Assembly (NCBI GenBank): GCA_028819575.1
Contig: JAPPLB010000147.1
Location: 251-64,250, forward strand
Length of the DNA: 64,000 bases
Direction: 5' to 3'
From: Bryobacterales bacterium
GTDB taxonomy: Bacteria; Acidobacteriota; Terriglobia; Bryobacterales; UBA6623
A model generated the notes under the pieces. The model saw only the letters and a program-made list of their open reading frames with translations. It did no database searches and had not been told where the DNA came from. The translations under genes and the position numbers were made by a program. Position 1 is the first letter of the stretch. Each line of letters starts with the position of its first letter. This document shows, in pieces, positions 45,473 to 52,280 of this stretch.

Positions 45473-45787
45473 TCACTGGCCGTTCGCCCGTACGATGAAC
45501 CTGGGATCGCGTTCCTTGATCCATTCCTCGATATCGCTCGCCGCGATCACCCCGCCTTCGGCCGGCATCTTCGCCACGAACCGCCGCTTGAGCGCCTGAT
45601 GATGCTGCACGGAGATGTCCCGGTCGCCGGTCGCCTTGAACAGGATGTTGCGCGCCAGGTCGGCCGGTCCGCTGCCGCCGTAGCCCCACTCGAATCCCGA
45701 GGGGCTGTGCCACACTCATTCCTGGCTGATTCCTTCTACGACGGCGTAGCCGGCTTCGCGGCGGCAGATCACGTCATGGAGCTTCAT
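45473..45787 (-). pseudogene. GFEWGY-motif protein (recalled as DUF6166) interrupted by in-frame TGA
   Basis: From ATG 45787 the reading is MKLHDVICRREAGYAVVEGISQE-TGA(45718-45716)-VWHSPSGFEWGYGGSGP... The TGA aligns with Trp in the paralog at 63178 (THDWVVHSPGGFEWGYSGNGP). Confidence 0.6.
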
Positions 45788-46011
45788 CGTTCTTACCCCC
45801 CGGTCCATCTTGCCACAGGCCGAGCGGCGGGCGCGGCCGGCGTGTCTCCGCTCCGTTGTCGCTGTGTCTCCCGTCGCGCTGCGGTGCCTGTTTCGTCACG
45901 GCCGCCGTGCCGTGCCGAGTCTTTTGTTTTCAATTTTCTTTCGCTCCGGCCGTCGCTCATACGCGGTTCGGTTTCGGCCCGCTTTCGCACGGCGCGGGCA
46001 TCGATGAGGAA

Positions 46012-46082
46012 TAAACCCTTTCCTGGAGGCCGCTGACGCGGCGGTCCTCGATGCTGTGGACTCCCAGCACCCCCGGATTCGA
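46012..46082 (+). repeat. 71-nt intergenic repeat, copy 2
   Basis: See 41055-41125. Confidence 0.65.
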
Positions 46083-46174
46083 TGGAGGATCGTGCACTGG
46101 TCGCCGGCGCCCGGCGCGCGGATCCGGCTCAACCAGGTCCACGAACCGGCCTTTCAGCCCGCTTTTTCTCTGAC

Positions 46175-46195
46175 GCGCTTGAGCGCGTTCGAGCG
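46175..46195 (+). repeat. GCGCTTGAGC motif, copy C (variant)
   Basis: Sequence gcgcttgagcgc-gttcgagcg, 90 nt upstream of parA. Confidence 0.45.
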
Positions 46196-46222
46196 TGGAC
46201 GTCTTGTCAAAATCCTCGATCC

Positions 46223-46277
46223 GTGCAGAATTGAAGTTATGCATGCTTGCAGGTTTGCAGGCTTGACATCTTGCAGA
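46223..46277 (+). promoter_or_regulatory. TGCA-repeat cluster upstream of parA (candidate operator/centromere) with TTGACA box
   Basis: Carries GTGCAGAATTG, ATGCATGC, CTTGCAGG, TTTGCAGG and CTTGCAGA. TTGACA lies at 46263-46268. Confidence 0.5.
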
Positions 46278-46285
46278 GGACGCCT

Positions 46286-46939
46286 ATGAAAACCATCGCC
46301 ATCGTCAGCCAGAAAGGTGGTTCCGGAAAGACCACCCTGGCCTTGCACCTGGCCGTCGCTTCGGCCGTTGCCGGCCGGAACACCGCCGTCATCGACCTCG
46401 ATCCGCAGGCTTCCGCTGCCAACTGGTCGGACCGAAGGGAAGCGGAACTGCCGGTCGTGCTCTCGGCTCATGCGAGCCGCTTGCGCCACGAGATCGCTCG
46501 CGTCCGTGAGACCGGCGGCGAAATGCTCTTCGTCGATACCGCTCCGCATTCCGACAGCGCAGCTCTCGAAGCTGCGCAGCGCGCCGATCTGGTGCTCATC
46601 CCCTGCCGGCCGGCGATCCTCGATCTGGAGGCGATCACCAATACTCTCGCCTTCCTTCGCACCACCGGCACGCCCGTTCTCGTGGTTCTCAACGCGATCG
46701 CCGCCACGGGTCAGGACGCGCGGCTGGCCACCGAAGCGCTCTCCGCCCACCAGGTCGAAACCTGCCCCGTCCGGCTGGGCCGCCGCATCGCCTTCGCTCG
46801 CGCGCTCGTCAGCGGCCAAGCCGCGCAGGAGTTCGAGCCCGGCGGCAAGGCCGCTCGGGAAGTTGCAGAATTGCATACCTTCGTTCTTGCACGTTTGCAG
46901 GACTTCAAACCTTCAACCAACGGAAACCCCTTGACATGA
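46286..46939 (+). CDS. parA: ParA/Soj-family partition ATPase (small type Ib-like)
   Basis: MKTIAIVSQKGGSGKTT deviant Walker A, with DLDPQ and FVDTAP. Start at ATG 46286. Confidence 0.9.
   Translation: MKTIAIVSQKGGSGKTTLALHLAVASAVAGRNTAVIDLDPQASAANWSDRREAELPVVLSAHASRLRHEIARVRETGGEMLFVDTAPHSDSAALEAAQRADLVLIPCRPAILDLEAITNTLAFLRTTGTPVLVVLNAIAATGQDARLATEALSAHQVETCPVRLGRRIAFARALVSGQAAQEFEPGGKAAREVAELHTFVLARLQDFKPSTNGNPLT
46862..46901 (+). repeat. Second TGCA-repeat cluster inside the 3' end of parA
   Basis: Carries GTTGCAGAATTGCATA, TTGCAC and TTTGCAGG. Shares TGCAGAATTG with the upstream cluster. Confidence 0.45.
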
Positions 46940-47178
46940 CCAACAACGCTTTCGCTTCCGCTTTGTCCAAGAAAAATTCGCCGACGCCGGATCCGGCCGA
47001 GGCCTCGCGCCCCGCCGCTGCCGGCAAGGTCAAACGCAAACACGTCGGAGGCTATTTCGATCCGGAGGTCGCGCGGCGTTTGCGGATGCTGGCGTCGGAA
47101 GAGGAAACCACCGTGCAGGAGCTGCTGACCGAAGCCCTGCGGCTGATGTTCAACAAGCGCGGCTTGTCGGTTCTCTGA
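46936..47178 (+). CDS. ParG-like RHH centromere-binding protein candidate
   Basis: 80 aa, ATGA-coupled to parA. Disordered N-terminus, then KRKHVGGYFDPEVARRLRMLASEEETTVQELLTEALRLMFNK, which looks like an RHH. Confidence 0.6.
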   Translation: MTNNAFASALSKKNSPTPDPAEASRPAAAGKVKRKHVGGYFDPEVARRLRMLASEEETTVQELLTEALRLMFNKRGLSVL

Positions 47179-47197
47179 TCTTCCCGAGGAACACGCC

Positions 47198-47440
47198 ATG
47201 CTTGACACGACCCTTCACCTTCCCACTCCGGCCCTGTTGGTTTTCGTTTTTGTCGTCGCCTCCGTCTGCTGGGCGCTCGGATCGCGGCTTACCCGTAAGT
47301 CTGGTGATGGACCTTTCCGGTCCTGGCCTTGCCGCTGGTTCAATCTGCTCGACATCCTCGCGGTGGCTTGCTTCATCGCCGTCATCACTGTTGTTTCGTT
47401 CTTCCTGGTCCACTATCCGGCCGGGCCGGTTTCACCCTGA
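47198..47440 (+). CDS. Small 2-TM membrane protein
   Basis: 80-aa ORF with two hydrophobic helices. Confidence 0.45.
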   Translation: MLDTTLHLPTPALLVFVFVVASVCWALGSRLTRKSGDGPFRSWPCRWFNLLDILAVACFIAVITVVSFFLVHYPAGPVSP

Positions 47441-47509
47441 CAGGGACCGCCTTGCGGCCTTCGGTCCGGCTGCCGGCCGGTTGCTACAATGAGGGCCTCG
47501 CGAGGCCCC

Positions 47510-48139
47510 ATGTCCTCCACCACTTCAGCGCCTCTCTCTCATCAACAGCGCGAATCGAGCGAGCTCTATCACAGCGATGCCTACGCCTGGTCCCTCGAGC
47601 AGTCCGACGCCCTTCGCCGCCGCGACTTTGACGCCATCGATTGGGAGAATGTCATCGAGGAGATCGAATCCGTGGGCAGGACCGAAAAACGTATCTGGAC
47701 CTCGAAATGCGCCAATACCATCACGCACCTTCTCAAGATCGAGCACGCCAGGATGGCGACGCCTGAAGAGGTTACCGGCTGGGAAGAGGAAGTTCAGGAC
47801 TTCCGCACCGACATGGCTGGGGTCATCGTTGACAATCCCCGCCTGCAGAACCTCTACCCCGAAATGTTCCGCGCCGCCTGGCACCAGGGGCGCAGCAAAG
47901 CGGTCCGCGATCTCGCTTCCTACGATGTTCAGCACAACCTCGAGCCCGATCATCGATCAGCCCGCAAGACTCGCGACCGTACGCTTCCTTCTTCCTGCCC
48001 CTACCGCCTCCACGACGTGACCGCCTTCACCTACGACCGCAAAAACGCCCTTCATGAGCATGACCCCGAAATTCTTCCCGAGGCGGTCCGGCGTTCGCTC
48101 GACTACCACCGCTCGCGCGCGCAGCAGTGGGACCGCTAG
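47510..48139 (+). CDS. DUF29 family protein, copy 1
   Basis: ELYHSDAYAWSLEQSDALRRRDFDAIDWENVIEEIESVGRTEK is the DUF29 signature as I recall it. Start at ATG 47510. Confidence 0.75.
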   Translation: MSSTTSAPLSHQQRESSELYHSDAYAWSLEQSDALRRRDFDAIDWENVIEEIESVGRTEKRIWTSKCANTITHLLKIEHARMATPEEVTGWEEEVQDFRTDMAGVIVDNPRLQNLYPEMFRAAWHQGRSKAVRDLASYDVQHNLEPDHRSARKTRDRTLPSSCPYRLHDVTAFTYDRKNALHEHDPEILPEAVRRSLDYHRSRAQQWDR

Positions 48140-48306
48140 TTTCCTTCCTTTTGCGCAGCTTTTCGCCCATCGCTTCGTTGCGGTGCTCCTCTTCGCTTCG
48201 ACGCCTTGATACGCTCGCCGTCAGCGGCATCTGAATGTTCGTGCCCGCTCTCTTCGTTCCTTTCGGATGCCGGCCACTTGCTACAATAAATCGCTCGCGA
48301 GGCCCC

Positions 48307-48936
48307 ATGTCCACGGCTGCTTCAACACCCTCCACCCTTGAGCAGCAGCGCTCCGCCGAGCTCTACCACGATGACCCCTATTCCTGGTCGCTCGAGCAAG
48401 CCGATGCTCTACGGCGCCGCGACTTCGCTTCTGTCGATTGGGAGAATGTCATCGAGGAGATCGAAGCGGTGAGCCGCAATGAAGCCAGCACCTGGGTTTC
48501 CAATTGCGCGAACGCCATCGAGCACATGCTCAAGATCGAGCATTGCAAGCTCGTTCAGCCCTACGTCGTTCGCAATTGGAGTGATGAGATTCCCGGATAC
48601 CGCGACGGCATGGAAACAGCTTCCCGCAAGAATCCGGGCATCACCTCGCGCTTCGACGAGCTCTTCCGCGAAGCCTGGAACGACGCTCGCAACCACACTC
48701 TGACTGCGCTCTCCCGCTATGACGTGGAGCACAAGCTTTCGCCCGATCGTCCACAGTCTTACAAGCGCCGCAACATGCTTCTCCCCCGCGAGTGCCCCTA
48801 CGATTTTGCCGACGTCACCGGCATCTTCCATGTTCGCGGCGACCGCAAACCCCACTACGACCGCTTCGTTCTTCCGCCTTCCATTCAGAAGATCGTCGAT
48901 GAGCGCTGCCGCGATTCTCCTTCCCGCGACCGCTGA
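48307..48936 (+). CDS. DUF29 family protein, copy 2
   Basis: ELYHDDPYSWSLEQADALRRRDFASVDWENVIEEIEAVSRNEA. Start at ATG 48307. Confidence 0.75.
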   Translation: MSTAASTPSTLEQQRSAELYHDDPYSWSLEQADALRRRDFASVDWENVIEEIEAVSRNEASTWVSNCANAIEHMLKIEHCKLVQPYVVRNWSDEIPGYRDGMETASRKNPGITSRFDELFREAWNDARNHTLTALSRYDVEHKLSPDRPQSYKRRNMLLPRECPYDFADVTGIFHVRGDRKPHYDRFVLPPSIQKIVDERCRDSPSRDR

Positions 48937-48948
48937 TTCGCTCCCTCC

Positions 48949-49560
48949 TTGACCATTTTCGATCCTTCCTCTCCTCCTTTACTCTCGACTCCTTTGCCCT
49001 CCGGCGTTATCTCCGACCTCCGCATCTGGTCCTTTCGCCAGGCGGCGGCTCTGCGCCGCCATGAGGTCGAATCTCTCGCCTGGGACGACCTGGCCGCTCA
49101 GATCGGCTTTCTCGCCGACGTGCAGGTTCAATACTTCTCCTGGCTCTGCTCTTCCGTCATATCCGCCTATCTCATCATGGAGTTCTGTCCCACTCCTTCC
49201 CGGGAATTGCTCTTTGGCCTGCACCGTTCCATTCACAGCTACCCGTTCGCTTTCGAGCGCCTCTTTCGCAACTGTCCTTCCCTTCATCCGGAGTTGAAAC
49301 CGGCTTTTTCCTCTGCATGGAAGACCGCTCGGGATTCCGCCTGTAGCGACCTTGCTCGTCTTTCCCTCGACGAGTACGACGAGAGTGATTACCACAACGC
49401 CTCTGCGGCTTTCGATTCCTTGCTCCCCTCAAGAAATCCCTACCGCTTCGAGCATGTCACCGGCTTCCATCTTCTTGACGATGGCCTTTCTCAGCTTGAA
49501 AGCTTCACCGTTCCCCCCGCCCGCGTTCTTGAATCCATCGATCGGCGTCAGAACGTCTAG
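48949..49560 (+). CDS. Divergent DUF29-like protein, copy 3
   Basis: SDLRIWSFRQAAALRRHEVESLAWDDLAAQIGFLAD keeps the layout but is much more diverged. Confidence 0.5.
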   Translation: MTIFDPSSPPLLSTPLPSGVISDLRIWSFRQAAALRRHEVESLAWDDLAAQIGFLADVQVQYFSWLCSSVISAYLIMEFCPTPSRELLFGLHRSIHSYPFAFERLFRNCPSLHPELKPAFSSAWKTARDSACSDLARLSLDEYDESDYHNASAAFDSLLPSRNPYRFEHVTGFHLLDDGLSQLESFTVPPARVLESIDRRQNV

Positions 49561-49792
49561 CTCTTCCCGGCTTTTCGTGTTCAGCTCGATCCCTTGATCC
49601 TTCTTTCCCGAGCCATCGAGATTGCCGAGATCATCGAAGCTCTCTTCTCTCCCTCGAAGCTGCCGTGGCCTCTCGCCATGGCGGTCGGGGAAGGGAAGTC
49701 CCGTCAACTCTACTCCACGGTCCGGTACGACCCCAACGAGGTTTCCGTATCGTGTTTCGTTCGGCCCTCTCACCGAGCGCCTCTCAGATCAG

Positions 49793-49830
49793 ATCAGCGG
49801 CTCAGGCCGCTGATGGCAGCTTTCCCTTTT
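49793..49830 (+). terminator. Terminator-like hairpin
   Basis: ATCAGCGGC-TCAG-GCCGCTGAT, then GGCAGCTTTCCCTTTTC. Confidence 0.45.
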
Positions 49831-49833
49831 CGC

Positions 49834-49859
49834 GCGCTCGAGCAACTTCGCTTGAACGC
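49834..49859 (+). repeat. GCGCTTGAGC tandem motif, copy D (variant)
   Basis: Sequence gcgctcgagc-aact-tcgcttgaacgc, directly after a terminator-like hairpin. Confidence 0.5.
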
Positions 49860-50074
49860 TTTTTGAAGCATGAGCAATGAGATCCGGACACGGATGCCTT
49901 TGCTCGGCCAAGCCAGGGTAATCGGCGCCCTCCGCGTCGCCTCACCCCGTCGATGGCCACCGACCCCGTTTTTTGCGCGAACTGCTCTGCACTGACCTTC
50001 TTTCGCCGGCAAGAGAAGTTGCGTCGACGGCCGTTTCCTTGCCGCCCGCGGCCGAGCGAGCCAATACTGTCTGC

Positions 50075-50605
50075 ATGCACGCCACCGAGGAAAGCCGCAT
50101 CACCTGGCTCTCGAACCTCTTCCGCGATCACGACCGCTACATGAAGAGCGCCCGCCGCAGCCGCTGGTCGTTCTTCACCCTGATCGCTGCCTTCGCAGTG
50201 TATATATGCGTGCTGCCCTTCCTGCGCAACCCCACGCACATCGCGATCGCCGCCGCGATCTTCCTGCTCTTCGCCTTGCAATACATCATCGTCGAACTGA
50301 TCGATGAGCGCCCCGGTTCTCCGCTTCCCGCCAGACTGCGGCGAGCGGTAAGCTCACGAACCTCACCACCAAGGAGAAACGACATGGACAATCCCTTCGA
50401 CTGCAACAAGCTCAACGAGCACTGCGAAACCCTCCGCAGGGAGTTGCTGCACGCCTCGCAGAACGGCCACCTCGATCCCCTCAGAATGACCGAGCAAGAC
50501 GAGAAGAACATCATCCATCACGTCAATGAGCTCTCGAAGGTCTGCTCGAAGGTCCTCGTCTACATGAACTCGATGAAGAAAACCCGAGAAGCTCTCTTCT
50601 CGTAA
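50075..50605 (+). CDS. 2-TM protein ORF that reads in frame through hairpin copy 12; true 3' end uncertain
   Basis: From ATG 50075: MHATEESRITWLSNLFRDHDRYMKSARRSRWSFFTLIAAFAVYICVLPF...IAAAIFLLFALQYIIVELI. Paralogous in layout to 50804. No stop occurs before 50605. Confidence 0.35.
   Translation: MHATEESRITWLSNLFRDHDRYMKSARRSRWSFFTLIAAFAVYICVLPFLRNPTHIAIAAAIFLLFALQYIIVELIDERPGSPLPARLRRAVSSRTSPPRRNDMDNPFDCNKLNEHCETLRRELLHASQNGHLDPLRMTEQDEKNIIHHVNELSKVCSKVLVYMNSMKKTREALFS
50315..50362 (+). promoter_or_regulatory. Hairpin element copy 12 (diverged)
   Basis: Sequence ggttctccgcttcccgcc-agactgcg-gcgagcggtaagctcacgaacc. AAGGAG, then ATG 50384. Confidence 0.65.
50384..50605 (+). CDS. Small helical protein behind hairpin copy 12
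   Basis: 73 aa, MDNPFDCNKLNEHCETLRRELL... SD spacing is the same as in the other hairpin modules. Confidence 0.45.
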   Translation: MDNPFDCNKLNEHCETLRRELLHASQNGHLDPLRMTEQDEKNIIHHVNELSKVCSKVLVYMNSMKKTREALFS

Positions 50606-50803
50606 TCTCTACGCCTGCGGGGCTCGCCCGAGCGGACCCCGCCTTGCGGTCCTCTCGCCGGCGCCGGCGCCGACCGCTCTTTCCCGGCCTTTCGAAGCAG
50701 AGAAGTCTCGACGTCGCTTTTCCGCTCTGTCTGCGGTTCTCAGGAACGAGCTGTCGCGATCCCGCGCTTGTCGGATGCCCCCATCGGCTTCATACTTCCC
50801 CCT

Positions 50804-51175
50804 ATGGACCATCACTACCGCGAACACCTGCGCATCGACACGCTCCGCGCACGCCGCCGCGCCTACGTCATCATCGCCGGCTTCGCCGGCTTCCTCGCTA
50901 CGCTCTACTTCACGAGCGATCCCGACGACACCCTTACCCTCGCGATCGCACTGGTCTTCTACTTCGTTACCGTGCTGATCGTCCCCGACCGCTGGTTCGG
51001 CCGCGGCGCTCTCGACCGCCACGACGATTCCTCTTCCGCCAGCGGCCCGCAGCCGGCCTTACGTAAGCAACCTCCGGCGGCTCCGGCCCGGCTTCAAGCC
51101 TGGCCGGCGAGGGAAGGACCGCTCCCGCCGCTCCCCCCAGGTGCGCGGCGGCCGCATGAGAGGACTGAATCATGA
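50804..51175 (+). CDS. 2-TM protein, paralog of 50075
   Basis: MDHHYREHLRIDTLRARRRAYVIIAGFAGFLATLYF...LAIALVFYFVTVLIV, then a low-complexity tail. A TTG at 50768 is an alternative start. Confidence 0.45.
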   Translation: MDHHYREHLRIDTLRARRRAYVIIAGFAGFLATLYFTSDPDDTLTLAIALVFYFVTVLIVPDRWFGRGALDRHDDSSSASGPQPALRKQPPAAPARLQAWPAREGPLPPLPPGARRPHERTES

Positions 51176-51738
51176 TCGAGCCTTCTGGTGAAACCCGCCG
51201 GCTGGTCTGGGACAATCTGATCGATTCGGACCGCATGTGCCGCTACTACGGCTACTTGGCCCACCGCCTCAAACGGCTGAATGATCTGTTGCAAGTCTCG
51301 GGCATCGTGCTCGTCGTACTCACTATCTCTTCATTCTTATACCGGCTACCTGGCTGGATCGTCTTTTCGGCTGTCAACCTCGCAGCTTTGTCCTTCGCTC
51401 TCTCGTCGATTCGCGGCTATTCCGCCAAGGCGCTCCGCAGCAACGAGATCTTCAGGCAGCTTGGACGGCTCAACGTCGAATGGGAGCTGCTCTGGAACAA
51501 TGTGAGCACCAAGGACGACGACACCGTTCTGGAGTCCTGGAAGAAGCTCAGCGAGCGCCAGCTTGCTCTCATCGAGCGAGCTCCCTTCGATCTGCCTCTT
51601 TCCGCTTCGCTCGCCCGGAAATCGCAGCAGGAAGCCTACGAGTATTGGAGCGAGTTCGCCCGCACCCATCAGAGTTCGTCCACGGCTGTTGTCCCCGGCG
51701 AGTCGCGCAGCGCCGCTGCAAGCATCGCCCATCACTGA
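51172..51738 (+). CDS. 2-TM protein with SLATT-like topology (speculative)
   Basis: ATGA-coupled to the previous gene. Amphipathic helix (RMCRYYGYLAHRLKRLNDLLQ), two TM helices, then a helical cytoplasmic tail. Confidence 0.45.
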   Translation: MIEPSGETRRLVWDNLIDSDRMCRYYGYLAHRLKRLNDLLQVSGIVLVVLTISSFLYRLPGWIVFSAVNLAALSFALSSIRGYSAKALRSNEIFRQLGRLNVEWELLWNNVSTKDDDTVLESWKKLSERQLALIERAPFDLPLSASLARKSQQEAYEYWSEFARTHQSSSTAVVPGESRSAAASIAHH

Positions 51739-51766
51739 TCGGCAAAACTGCGGAGTTCGCTTGCCC

Positions 51767-52255
51767 TCAGCGGCGCCGCCACGCTCTCGGGTCATAGGCC
51801 TCCTTGTAGCCCCACATGCCGCGCCGCTCGCTTTTCGCCGCGCTCTCGGCATCCTGGTAGCGGTTGTCAAAGCAGGCGATCGCATGGCCGGACCGCACCA
51901 GCCATTCGCCCACGTCGCGGCCCTGGCAGTTCACCGTCCCCAGGACACGGCCGTAGTAGTCGAACCCCTCGATCCGCACTTTCACCCGCCTGCCGCCAAT
52001 CTCGCGAATCAACGCTCCTTTGACCCGCTTGCCGTGGTTGAACCAGAACCCGTAGTGGTGCTTCGCAGGCTGATTCCACTCTGGAGCATCCAGGGCCGCC
52101 AAGCGCACCCGGTAGCCGGCGACCTTGATCCCATCGCCGTCCGTGACATACGGCCGTCCGGTGATCGTGTCGCCCGGCCGCTTGCGCCACGCATGTTTCG
52201 CGATCAGGTAGAACGCAACCAGGATCGCGATCAGCAGCAGCAGTTCCATCGTCAT
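51767..52255 (-). CDS. Membrane-anchored thermonuclease (SNase-like) family protein
   Basis: N-terminal TM helix. Then VTDGDGIKV...VRLAALDAPE...GRVLG...ESAAKSERRGMW, which are staphylococcal-nuclease-type motifs. Confidence 0.75.
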   Translation of the reverse strand: MTMELLLLIAILVAFYLIAKHAWRKRPGDTITGRPYVTDGDGIKVAGYRVRLAALDAPEWNQPAKHHYGFWFNHGKRVKGALIREIGGRRVKVRIEGFDYYGRVLGTVNCQGRDVGEWLVRSGHAIACFDNRYQDAESAAKSERRGMWGYKEAYDPRAWRRR

Positions 52256-52265
52256 TCACCCGCTG

Positions 52266-52280
52266 CGGGTTCTCCGCTTT
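52266..52280 (+). promoter_or_regulatory. Hairpin element copy 13, truncated after 15 nt
   Basis: The sequence gggttctccgctttc is followed directly by A/T-richer unrelated sequence (aaaacttctcgacaccg...). Confidence 0.6.

Noticed and set aside
45284-46036. 250-aa plus-strand ORF
   Set aside because: It lies opposite the GFEWGY-motif gene whose paralog at 63178 validates the minus frame, and it runs through an intergenic repeat.
49594-49866. 90-aa ORF in the gap after the third DUF29 gene
   Set aside because: It runs through a terminator-like hairpin and the GCGCTCGAGC box. There is no SD and no recognisable features.
36388-52280. The hairpin repeats as a CRISPR array or as integron attC sites
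   Set aside because: Spacing is 330-1600 nt (up to 5.6 kb) and irregular, and each repeat is followed by an SD and a protein-coding ORF. That rules out CRISPR. For attC, the element lies 5' of the ORFs, I see no GTTRRRY/RYYYAAC core pair, and no integron integrase is present. Cassette-like exchange at the hairpins is still mentioned as a possibility in the findings.
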